From: Candidatus Woykebacteria bacterium
Lineage (GTDB): Bacteria; Patescibacteriota; Microgenomatia; Woykebacterales; RBG-16-39-9b
DNA length: 64,000 nucleotides
Assembly: GCA_040876345.1 (NCBI GenBank)
Contig: JBBDPM010000006.1
Span: 328,547 to 392,546, forward strand
Direction of reading: 5' to 3'
The position numbers were made by a program, and so were the translations under genes. The notes beneath the pieces are model-generated. The model was not told where the DNA came from. It worked only from the letters and a program-made list of their open reading frames with translations, and ran no database searches. Shown here piece by piece: positions 11,160 to 21,200 of this stretch (its first letter is position 1; each line of letters starts with the position of its first letter).

Positions 11160-11944
11160 GACACTTAACGCGTTAGCTTACGACACCGAACCGTCACCAG
11201 CCCGATATCTAGTGTCCATAGTTTACGGCGTGGACTACACGGGTATCTAATCCGTTTTGCTCCCCACGCTTTCGTGCAACACCGTCATGATCCACCCAGA
11301 TGCCTGCCTTCGCCTTTGGTGTTCCAGTTGATCTCAACGCATTTCACTACTCCACCAACTGTTCCGGCATCCCCTTTGGATATCTAGTCTTGAAGTATCA
11401 CCACCAAGCTGTGGGTTGAGCCCACAGGTTTAAATGGTGACTTTCAAAACCGGCTGCGCACGCTTTACGCCCAGTAAATCCGGGTAACGCTTGGGCCCCA
11501 CGTATCACCGCGGCTGCTGGCACGTGGTTAGCAGGCCCTTATTCTCCTCGACACGACATCGAAGTAAAAGGAGTTTACAACCCGAAGGCCTTCATCCTCC
11601 ACGCGGCGTCGCTGCGTCAGGCTTTCGCCCATTGCGCAAGATTCCCGGTTGCTGCCACCCGTAGGTGTATGGCCCGTGTCTCAGTGCCATTGTGGGAGAT
11701 CATCCTCTCAGACCTCCTACCCGTCGAAGCCTTGGTAGGCCATTACCCCACCAACAAGCTGATAGGACGCGAGCCGCTCCTTTAGCGAGCAGTTATGCTC
11801 TTTGATCTTGCGATCACATGCAGTATTAGCCCACCTTTCGATGGGTTATTCTCCACTAAAGGGTACGTTCTCACGCGTTACTCACCCGTCTGCCACTCCC
11901 GCCCGAAGCGGGTCGTTCGACTTGCATGCCTAAGGCGCGCCGCT

Positions 11945-11976
<32 letters not shown>

Positions 11977-12238
11977 GAAAAAATTTGGCGCTGGCCAAAT
12001 TTCTGAAGACTTGATTGCTCAAATCAGACTACAGATTAATGCTGTAGACATTGTTACTCGAATTGACGTTCGTTCCTTATAAATTTTGAGTTTTCAAAGT
12101 GCACGGTGTTTCCCCTCCAACGAAAAAGAGCCCGCAAATACAAGCTCTTCTTGCGAATCAATGAAATGTGGTACCGAACCTTAAACTTTACATTTCGGCC
12201 TCATTCTAGTTCAAAATCTACCCTTTGTCAACCCTAAC

Positions 12239-12655
12239 TTACTTGTGCTTTCGGGTTGGTAAATATCTTTTTTTCAGTTGGTAAGAATCATAAGAGTCTC
12301 TATCCTTTGGATAATTCTTGAAAAAACGCCAGCTGAAAAAAGCAAGTAAAAATACAAGCGATAAGATATTAATAGCCCAAAAAGCGTGGGCGGAAAGGAA
12401 AGCAACACCTTCTTTTCTAAAAAATACAAATAACGCTCCTAATGCCCCAAAACCCACAAAACTCCAGGCTAACGGGGCAATATATTTACCAATTAGAGGA
12501 TTTTTAGACGAGCCAAATTTTAAGTATATACCGATAATAACCCCCGCGAAGAAGAGCAAAGCGAAAAATGTTAAAAACCAAATCAATTCATCCCAATCGT
12601 TTCGTCCCGAACTAACCCAAAACCGCACGTCTATAAAATCATTAAATTTGATCAT
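12239..12655 (-). CDS. Hypothetical membrane protein
   Basis: 138-aa ORF with 3-4 hydrophobic helices. Confidence 0.4.
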   Translation of the reverse strand: MIKFNDFIDVRFWVSSGRNDWDELIWFLTFFALLFFAGVIIGIYLKFGSSKNPLIGKYIAPLAWSFVGFGALGALFVFFRKEGVAFLSAHAFWAINILSLVFLLAFFSWRFFKNYPKDRDSYDSYQLKKRYLPTRKHK

Positions 12656-12721
12656 TTTTGATATATTTATTTACATTAAAGTTATCAATTACCTAAATAT
12701 AACTTTGTATAACCTTTTGTA

Positions 12722-13819
12722 TCAATACTCATCAATAATTCCTCCACCAAGAACCTCCGCGCCATCATATATAACAACTACCTGACCTGGAGTTACCGCT
12801 TTTTGCGGCTCGCTGAACTTCACTCGAACCACATCTGTATCGATAGACTCAATCCTAGCTTCCTCCAAAGGCTGCCGATAGCGGATTCTAGCCTGCAATC
12901 GATCGCCAGATTTAGGATTCGACCCAATCCAATTTAAATTTGTAGCGACTAACGACCTCTTGTAAAGCTCCCTGGACCCAACCGGCGCAACAACCAACTT
13001 ATTGGGCTCCTTTCGCTTTTCAACCACGTAGTGAGGCACAGACGAGCTCACACCTACACCCGCACGTTGCCCTATCGTATAAAAAGGTATGCCGTCGTGT
13101 TTTCCAATAGTCTTACCGTCCGTGTTAACTATCTGCCCTTCCTTTGGTTTAATTTTTTCTCTAAGAAACTCTGCCAAATTTACTGGCCCAACGAAGCAAA
13201 TTCCTTGGCTATCAGGCTTGTTTGCAGTCGGCAGACCAGCCTCGGAAGCAAGTTTTCTAACTTCACTCTTAGTGTAATCTCCAATCGGAAAAATAGCCTT
13301 TGCTAGCTGATCCTGCGTTAAAGTGTAAAGGAAGTAGGACTGATCCTTGGCAAGATCCAGTCCTGCGTAAAGATGGTAGCTCGATTTTCGATTTTTATCT
13401 AATATCAAAGATCCAGCATCCGACATCCTAATTCTGGCATAATGTCCAGTAGCCACATATTCAAATCCAAGCTCAAGCGCTTTCTTGAGAAATATCCCAA
13501 ATTTAATCTCCTTATTACATATAACATCGGGGTTTGGGGTGCGGCCAGCCTCGTATTCGGAGAAAAAATAGTCGATAACACGCTCTTTGTACTCTTTCTC
13601 AAAATCAAAGATACGGAAAGGAATACCTAAGCACGCGGCAACTTTTGCAGCATCAGCCCTATCTTTTTCCGTAGAACAATATGGACCGGTGTTCCAGCAC
13701 TGCATGTAAGCTCCTTCAATGTAGTAACCTTGGTTTTTTAGTAGTACTGCTGCAACAGAACTATCCACCCCACCGGAAAGAGCCACCAGTACTTTTTTTG
13801 CTTGACTCGATTTTGACAT
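12722..13819 (-). CDS. mnmA: tRNA-specific 2-thiouridylase
   Basis: PP-loop SGGVDSS near N-terminus, with MnmA-type C-terminal domains. Start assigned to the internal Met before the KKVLVALSGGVDSS block. Confidence 0.85.
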   Translation of the reverse strand: MSKSSQAKKVLVALSGGVDSSVAAVLLKNQGYYIEGAYMQCWNTGPYCSTEKDRADAAKVAACLGIPFRIFDFEKEYKERVIDYFFSEYEAGRTPNPDVICNKEIKFGIFLKKALELGFEYVATGHYARIRMSDAGSLILDKNRKSSYHLYAGLDLAKDQSYFLYTLTQDQLAKAIFPIGDYTKSEVRKLASEAGLPTANKPDSQGICFVGPVNLAEFLREKIKPKEGQIVNTDGKTIGKHDGIPFYTIGQRAGVGVSSSVPHYVVEKRKEPNKLVVAPVGSRELYKRSLVATNLNWIGSNPKSGDRLQARIRYRQPLEEARIESIDTDVVRVKFSEPQKAVTPGQVVVIYDGAEVLGGGIIDEY

Positions 13820-13962
13820 GGGGGAAATTTTAACACAGATGAGGCTAAGTTTGAAGCATGAGTATTGACTAAAGAGATTACAGTTACCAAGCAACAATAA
13901 TCAAATGATTATCATGTCTACGAAAATTTAGGAGCTTGGGATTAGTTTATTTGAATTTAATC

Positions 13963-16251
13963 TTATGGAGGAAGTTCTTCGAAGAGGACGTTAGAGTCAC
14001 CCAAAATATTGCGAAAAAGCCAAAGGTATTTTGGTTCGAATAGAAACCTCTCAGATGGCCTATCAAAGTTGTCCGAATTTAGATTCCTTTGTAAATTAAA
14101 ACCTCCGAAAGCTAAAACTGACCCATTGATAGTTAATCGCTCGTCGCCAGCATGAGAATTAAACACACCATTAGAAATGTAAACTCCATCTAATGTCTTA
14201 ACATCGTCATCTTCCACCAAAATATTACCGTTAACAATGAAAACAAGGCCTTTATCGGAATCAACCTCTACGTCTTTTTCTATTCTTAAGTCTCCATTTA
14301 CAAATATCACGGCGCTATCACCGTGATAATCTATTTTATTGTCAATAAGTGGGGATAAAGCACCGCCTGGATTAAAGAGTAATATTTTTGAGCTAGAAAT
14401 TCCTGCAGCGTTATCAATTCGACTATCTCTAATACAATAAATACAGGGTCCCGGACCCGTAAGAGCGCCGATTTCTCTAGCTTCATACTTATTTTTAAGG
14501 GTAGCGTAAATATCAGCACTTCCCTCTAACGAATCTGAATTAGGCGAATTAGCAGCGGTTGAGTTAAACGGATAGCCACCAACCAACCAGTCCTTAGCAG
14601 AAGTAAAATTATTTATTCCTCCATCCACAAGGGTGAGGTAACTAGCGTTGTCCTCGGGCGGCGAAGATCTATTCATATCAATTCTGGCGGTCGCCAGAGT
14701 GCGATCTAACACTCCAACCGTTCCGTCGGTAGTTTTTATCCACGGGTCATAATCAGCAAGGATTGTAATCGCTCCTTTATTCAGCTCGAAAACTTGGTCT
14801 GGTTCGACCGTACCATTGGGAAGCAGGTAACCAACTATACCCCCAAGATCTACATCGTAAGGAGGAGTGTTTCTAGGTAACACTGTATCATTCACAGTTA
14901 CCGTTAACAGTATACAAAAATAGTTATAATTACTTTCTAGAGGTACTCCGAAGTTGACAAAAATACCTCTTTGGCCAAAGAAGTTAAAGTTTTTAATTAT
15001 TGTGCCCGGTACGGTAATATCTGTTGAAGTGTCGTTAAACAGTCCTGATGCATTTACGTTATTACCTCCCGCACCACAGCCGTAAATCTGATCTTCGAGT
15101 TTCCAAACTTCCCAATCATCAATCTGAACTACATTAAACCCGGGGATAGTTTCAAAAACGTTAACATTAAGCCGATCAATAAGTATCGGATCATAATCCG
15201 ATCTTATCCGATTTTGTATTTGCTCATATAGGGTTTCGAGGTCACTGTTGTCTGGTGCAAAAAAGAAATTAAACGGGCTATTTGGATCGTTTGTATATGG
15301 ATTGCTGTCTGGTGGAACACTCCTACAATCAGGATCCGTTATACACGCAACATACTTCATGTATTGAATACCAGTAGTTATTGATGCCGGGCAGTCCACG
15401 CATCCTCCTGGATCAAAACTACCCGTGGAATCAGAACCAATTCCCACTGTTATAATTCTTATGTTATTGGTGATGGCCTTTTGCAATGGAGTTGGGTCTC
15501 CCGGGCCTCCAGGACCGCCGCCAAAACTAACGCCTGGGATTCCTGGATCTATTGGGGAAAAAACACTTGGCCATCTATTTTGTAATCCGTCTGTAGCTAA
15601 AACCACGTATTTTGGAACATTTGACCTGCCATAGTGTAAAATCTGTCTATTAGCTAATTCCAAACCAGCTCCAATTGGGGTAACTCCATTTGGCGCTAGC
15701 ATAGAATTTATATCACCATTCAAATTAATTTTGCCTGGTGAATTCATAGCTTTAAAAGCATCTAGTAATGCGTTATTACCACTACTACTTTCCACCCTAG
15801 CGCAATTTAAAATATTTACACCACTACCATTGTTACACGTACCGTTAACGTTTTGATACGATGTGAGCCCAACCTTATCCCATTCCTCCACTGTGCCACC
15901 TGCAGGAGCGTCCCATTCAGTTTGATTGATAAAGGCGTGGAGCGCTTGTTTTGCAGCATCGTATTTTGTCCCGCTGCCCCAAGGCTCAGCCATACTTCCA
16001 CTTAGATCCATTACAAGCATAGTATCTGCCTTTTGCCTAATATCAAGAGTCTCCTTCGGAATATATATTGGCACTTTAACTTGCTGTCCATGTCGAGCTG
16101 ACGGTGGGATTGGTGGGTCCTTTATTGGGTTCTGTATCTGAGCCATAGCCTTATTCGGGTAAGACAAGCCAAATTGCGATATTAGAAGTGCAATTATTAA
16201 ACTTGCATAAACTGGTTTTTTTAATTTATTAATCATTAAATAAACTTTCAT
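13963..16251 (-). CDS. Secreted von Willebrand factor A (VWA) domain protein, 762 aa
   Basis: N-terminal signal/anchor. MIDAS motif DLSGSM and a TDG motif. Gly/Pro-rich linker. Its C-terminal beta-helix-like module and terminal motif are shared with the 1640-aa neighbour. Confidence 0.75.
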   Translation of the reverse strand: MKVYLMINKLKKPVYASLIIALLISQFGLSYPNKAMAQIQNPIKDPPIPPSARHGQQVKVPIYIPKETLDIRQKADTMLVMDLSGSMAEPWGSGTKYDAAKQALHAFINQTEWDAPAGGTVEEWDKVGLTSYQNVNGTCNNGSGVNILNCARVESSSGNNALLDAFKAMNSPGKINLNGDINSMLAPNGVTPIGAGLELANRQILHYGRSNVPKYVVLATDGLQNRWPSVFSPIDPGIPGVSFGGGPGGPGDPTPLQKAITNNIRIITVGIGSDSTGSFDPGGCVDCPASITTGIQYMKYVACITDPDCRSVPPDSNPYTNDPNSPFNFFFAPDNSDLETLYEQIQNRIRSDYDPILIDRLNVNVFETIPGFNVVQIDDWEVWKLEDQIYGCGAGGNNVNASGLFNDTSTDITVPGTIIKNFNFFGQRGIFVNFGVPLESNYNYFCILLTVTVNDTVLPRNTPPYDVDLGGIVGYLLPNGTVEPDQVFELNKGAITILADYDPWIKTTDGTVGVLDRTLATARIDMNRSSPPEDNASYLTLVDGGINNFTSAKDWLVGGYPFNSTAANSPNSDSLEGSADIYATLKNKYEAREIGALTGPGPCIYCIRDSRIDNAAGISSSKILLFNPGGALSPLIDNKIDYHGDSAVIFVNGDLRIEKDVEVDSDKGLVFIVNGNILVEDDDVKTLDGVYISNGVFNSHAGDERLTINGSVLAFGGFNLQRNLNSDNFDRPSERFLFEPKYLWLFRNILGDSNVLFEELPP

Positions 16252-16895
16252 TTACCTATTGGTAACGACTCAAAAGAGTCTCCTGCGTAAACACTAAATC
16301 CTGAATCAACTAAAGATTCGTGGCCTCCTTCAATCACATAAATTTTTTCTGTTTCTAGCGTTTTCCGCAGTTCGTTTGCTGCTTTTTTTACCTCATCTAA
16401 ATCATCTTTGCTACCATACAAAGCCACTTTTTTCCCCTTTAGAAAAACCAATAATCTACTATTTTCAAGCTCGGTGACTGGAATATTTAGTGAATTCTGG
16501 ACATGACCTTTATAAAACTCTTCTTTCGGTCGGGTATCTACCAAAAACAGACCTCCGTTTTGAGTTAATTGGTAAACTGTACTTTTTTCTATAAAAACCA
16601 GCTGCGCATCTTCAGTCTTTTTGAAGCTATCTGCAGATACAACTTGGGGCAATGTTGACAAATACCAAATGTAAGTGCCTCCTAAAATCACCACTACAAA
16701 AACTACTGCACTAACACTCCAAACCGGGTGTTTGCCGAGTCTTTTGGTGAAATAAGTAAAGTTAAATCGGAGCTTATCCGACTTCAAGAATAGAGGAATT
16801 ATGAAGGTTACAAAGATTGAGAGAAATACCAAACCAACTAGAAAAACAAAGATTTGCTCCGGGGCGATTTGGGCAAAATTTCCTATTTTTATCAT
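16248..16895 (-). CDS. Membrane-anchored rhodanese-like domain protein (catalytic Cys not evident)
   Basis: Two N-terminal TM helices and rhodanese signature LVDTRPKEEFYKGHVQNSLNIP. There is a 4-nt overlap with the downstream VWA gene. Confidence 0.6.
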   Translation of the reverse strand: MIKIGNFAQIAPEQIFVFLVGLVFLSIFVTFIIPLFLKSDKLRFNFTYFTKRLGKHPVWSVSAVVFVVVILGGTYIWYLSTLPQVVSADSFKKTEDAQLVFIEKSTVYQLTQNGGLFLVDTRPKEEFYKGHVQNSLNIPVTELENSRLLVFLKGKKVALYGSKDDLDEVKKAANELRKTLETEKIYVIEGGHESLVDSGFSVYAGDSFESLPIGK

Positions 16896-17078
16896 TTAGG
16901 CAGCTGTCTTCTAAACTACTTTAATTATACGAAGGCTATTTCAGTAAGTCAATAACAGCCTAACTTCTAATAATAACCAAATCTCAATGATCAATAATCA
17001 AACAAATTCCAAATACCAATGCTCAAAAATTCCGGATTTGAAAATTAAAAAATTAAATATTGTTTGGTTATTAAACTT

Positions 17079-17537
17079 CTAATTACTTCGCACTGCAATA
17101 ACGATGGCGACGAGTACAGTAATCACTTGAGTCGCCACCCCTGGCAAAACACTCATTGGCTTTTTCCAATGGAACTTCATGTGAAGTTTGTGGTAGCGGG
17201 AAAGCGCTTCTGGGCCAAAAATCACTTGGATAATATGATGAAAATCGGGCAAGATTGCGGCGATCCCCCCAATCCACATCAGTTCTCCAACGGGGCTATT
17301 AAGAGCAAGAACAGCTAAAAGTCCAAGACCAAAAAGAAGATCAGCTGTCAAAAACAGCACTTCCTTTTTCTCAAGATCCTCCACTTCGATGTAACCTTGG
17401 ATATGCGGAATTGAGTCAAAAACAAAATGGGACGCTGCTGCCACTGGGACAACTTGCCAAGCCTCAGGCAAAGCGCTTCCAATTGCTGCACCTACAAGTA
17501 GATGTGGAGTAGTCAACATATATACTAATAATACCAA
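17079..17537 (-). CDS. YdjM/DUF457-like membrane-bound metal-dependent hydrolase
   Basis: 152 aa. N-terminal THLLVGAAIG motif and multiple TM segments. Confidence 0.5.
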   Translation of the reverse strand: MVLLVYMLTTPHLLVGAAIGSALPEAWQVVPVAAASHFVFDSIPHIQGYIEVEDLEKKEVLFLTADLLFGLGLLAVLALNSPVGELMWIGGIAAILPDFHHIIQVIFGPEALSRYHKLHMKFHWKKPMSVLPGVATQVITVLVAIVIAVRSN

Positions 17538-17655
17538 ATGTCAACGCTCAAATGTCAACTTCTTGACTGCGCTCGAAGAGTATTTTACCTAACCTTGTCG
17601 AGATACTATTCGAGCGAACAAAATGAGTCGAGAACTAATATACTGTTTATTTTAC

Positions 17656-18246
17656 TCAAAAGGTAGCCAATCCGAAAAGATTAAAAATATAGTATACAAC
17701 GAATATTGCGAGAATTGCGGCGATACTTACTTGCGAAAGGGTGTGGTGGCCAAGGTAAATTCGGCACCAGCCGATCAAAGGTATCAAAAAAAAGACGGGT
17801 AAAAAGGCGCTTGAATACACAAGCAAAAGAGTTAAAACCAGAAAGCTCGCCGCCATAATATGGATACTAATTTTCCAATAAATTGTCGCTAGGCTTGCAA
17901 GCGCAGCAAGTGAGGTAAGGCTGAGGGTAGTAGCAAGCAGAAGCCTTGGCACATCTATATATAAATATATCAAACTCAAAACTACTGATCCAATAAGCCA
18001 GGCGAGGTGAACATCTCTGCGCTGCTCTCGATTAGTGATAAACCAATCTGTAATCTTCCCTTTTCTTTTCTCATATAAGAAAACTGCCACGGCTGGAGCC
18101 CCACCAATAATTAATCCAAGAGCTGACCAGAGAAATTTATCAGAAAAATCTGTATCAACTTTGATAAAGACTAGAAGCAGGGCAAGAGATGCAGTTAGGA
18201 AAGGCTCAGTGATGTAGGAAATTAAAAGGGCCGCTCTCTTCAGCAT
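17656..18246 (-). CDS. PAP2-family membrane phosphatase
   Basis: 196 aa. KISIH and RIYLGHHTLSQV blocks resemble PAP2 motifs. Start abuts the stop of the 1640-aa gene. Confidence 0.55.
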   Translation of the reverse strand: MLKRAALLISYITEPFLTASLALLLVFIKVDTDFSDKFLWSALGLIIGGAPAVAVFLYEKRKGKITDWFITNREQRRDVHLAWLIGSVVLSLIYLYIDVPRLLLATTLSLTSLAALASLATIYWKISIHIMAASFLVLTLLLVYSSAFLPVFFLIPLIGWCRIYLGHHTLSQVSIAAILAIFVVYYIFNLFGLATF

Positions 18247-21200
18247 TTAGGGTGCTACTTCCAGCCTTCCACCTCGATCTTCGCCAAGAAGTGAAAAGTC
18301 TACTCCTGGATCAATCCTTGCAAAGTAATAAAGGTAGGCGGGGTCAAAATTGAATATCTCGGATGGATCAGTCACGTTACCTCCCCCCAAATCTCTTCCT
18401 AAACTGTAGCCTTCCCAAGCAGTAACACCGCCATTTACTGTCAAACTACAGTCAACACACCCTCCCTCGGCTGGTGCGATAGTGTAAAAGGATGAGGGAG
18501 AGTTTTGATTATTACAGCCAGTTTTTATCCAGCCAATCGTGCGGGCTACGCTGGAAACGCGCACTTCATCTATTTTGGCGTCGACGAATTCCTGTCCCCA
18601 AGTAGGATTTCCCCCAATGTAGAGATCCTTATCCGATGAGTATATGTTAGCCGTCGAATTTTGGTACCTTACATCGCAAAGATTACTGCTCGATGATGGA
18701 CCCATCACCATCAATTCTCCAGGATGTCTATATCTAGTACCAACATGAGACCAAGTATTAAGTGGAAGTGCTTGGAGGTTTGCACCAGAAATAGTATTTT
18801 CGCTACCTCCACTACATGCAGTTGTTATTTGGCTCAAAGGCTTATTGAGATTATCCTTTGCATAAATAGTATAGGAGTGGTGGGTTGGGCTTGCTGCTCC
18901 ACACATTTTAGAAACAACTGACTTCCATCCACCCAACCAATCTGGCTTTATCCAAGCCTCCAGGGTAAGAGCGCTGGTTGCGTCAAGAGAATTACTATCG
19001 GTCACACGTACCCAATCCCCAGTATTATCTGCACCTGAGAAATCTTGGGCTTTACCAATTAGTCCGTCTATTTCGGCCGGGCCAGTAGTCAGAGTTCTTT
19101 TTGTACCAGTGTTACCATTACCAGTGCTGTCAGCTACGGTGGTGCCAGAACCATTCATATGAAGCACCATAGAATACCCGCTATTCCAAGTTGCATTATC
19201 ATTTGTCTCATTAGCAGCGCTATTGCCGTAATATATGTAAAGCTCTGTGTTAGCACTTGTTGAAAGACTTGGTGCTCTAAACCAAAGCTCTCCGGTGTTG
19301 GATCCAGCGTCAATGCTCACCAACTCCCGATAAAGCTTTGAGGTTCCATCTCCGGAAGTAACCACAATATCCCCACCGTCACTTTGGACGTTGCTAAAGA
19401 AGCCTGATCCCAAATCTGCCAAATTCACATAAACTGGGAAATCGCTGTGACTGCCCACGGCAGGATCGGTCGGGAGCAACCCGGTAGAATTCACTTGTGA
19501 ATAATTAACGGTAAGTTTCTTGCGGAATTGCCAATCAGTATCGTACCAATTTGCTGGACCGCCAGCCTGGGCAATTCCACTATCAAATCCTTTGTTGGTC
19601 ACAAAAAACCCATCTATGGTGCTCACTTGCCCATCTACAGAGATGCCTTTTTTCACAATGAAAACCGCTTTTCGGTTGCCAAGATCAAGATCAGATTCAA
19701 TATTTAGGGCGCCATTTATAAATAGGACGACGGTGGAATTCCCAGATTGAACGGCCCCACTACCCCAAGTAAAATTAGCCTCGTCGGCTGGATTTCCGGA
19801 TTTAATTGAGGCTACGCTAGGGTAAGCATAGACTCCCCCGTTTGCCGGTGCTGTTGGCGTTGGCAAAGTACCGTTAGTTGGATGGTTCTTGGCTCTTTTT
19901 CCACCAAACTCGCTCCAGAGCTCTCCAAATAAATCATCTGAGGTAAACCCTGTATTAATAGAACCATAACCTTCGACTAACCAATCTGTAGCACTTACCA
20001 AACCGTTTATACTATCTTTTGCAACCACTAAGAAATCGGCGCTTGTTTCCAAAGTTATGTGTAAGTTTATGTCCTGCACTGTAATATAATCCGTAATGCT
20101 ATCCGCCAGTGGTTCATCACTACGAAGTTCCCATTTAGTAATTCCCCCCTGATTTATACCAGCAAGGTCCGTAACCTGAAAGCTAAACCTGTTACCATTA
20201 CCAGTGGGGTCGGAAAACCCCTGAGTGTCAAGGACATTGAATTTACCGTCCATTGGTTGATTGTCGGCAAAATCATAGTCATTTGGAGGAGCGTGATAGT
20301 CTACATCGGGGCTTCCAGTCCAATTTTTGCGCACCAACCCCACCTCAATACCGGGATTAGTACCATTTGAATCTACACCACTGTCCAAAACTTTAAAGCT
20401 GACAGAAGCACCGCGAATATTAAACCCAGGTTCTATAGTTGTGGTATCAAAAGCAAGGTAAGTGCGCCTCATTAAACTACCGCTGTAAAACCCACTGTGA
20501 CCAATGCCTCCCGATAGGGGGCCTCCAGAGGCTCCATCGGGTGGGGAGGGTATAGGCGTCGTCCAGTTTTGACCGGTTATTCCATGACTAGATTCATATG
20601 AAGCGCTCGTCGGGCTGAAACTATCACTCTTCCACCAGGTGGTCAGTTTAATGTTTCTTATTAAAAAATAGTTATTAGCGGACGGCAAGCTGCAGAAGTC
20701 CTTAAAAGGGGGTGATGTATTGGTCTGGCAGTTTGCCTTAAGTTCAAACTTAGTATTGCCACCAACCACAATATCATTTTTATTAATTCCGTAATTTACC
20801 ACGATACCAGAAAGAGGGTTAGGTAGTGTAGACGTATTAAAGAGAAATTTTCCCGGATAAGTAGTGGCAGACTGCTGATCCAAGTGCCAATTAGTATCAA
20901 GAGTATTCCCCGGCCAGGACCACTCTTTCCTAACTATTTGGACATCAAAATTTCCCGCCGCTATATCTTTGTTAAAGACATCAAAACTAATCTCGGCTGC
21001 TAGCACCTCTGAGCCCTGAGGAATGCCGGATGTATTGAAATTTAGGTAAGAACGTATGTAATTATTACCTGATGATTGATCATAACCAACATATCCTTGA
21101 CCAGCACTAACGGCAGCGTGGTCTGGAGGCGGTAAGGAGTCAGCAGTGGAATTGGGGTGGAGAATGGAGCGAGAAAAATCTGAGCCTGCAGTAAGGGAAT

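Noticed and set aside
12318-12785. 155-aa plus-strand ORF
   Set aside because: Fully antisense to the better-supported membrane protein gene (12239-12655) and the mnmA 3-prime end. Its translation is low-complexity and Lys/Asn-rich, typical of AT-rich antisense frames.
16248-16895. Calling the membrane rhodanese-domain protein an active sulfurtransferase
   Set aside because: Rhodanese fold signature is present but no catalytic Cys in the expected CRxGx[RT] loop position was seen. Annotated as rhodanese-like only.
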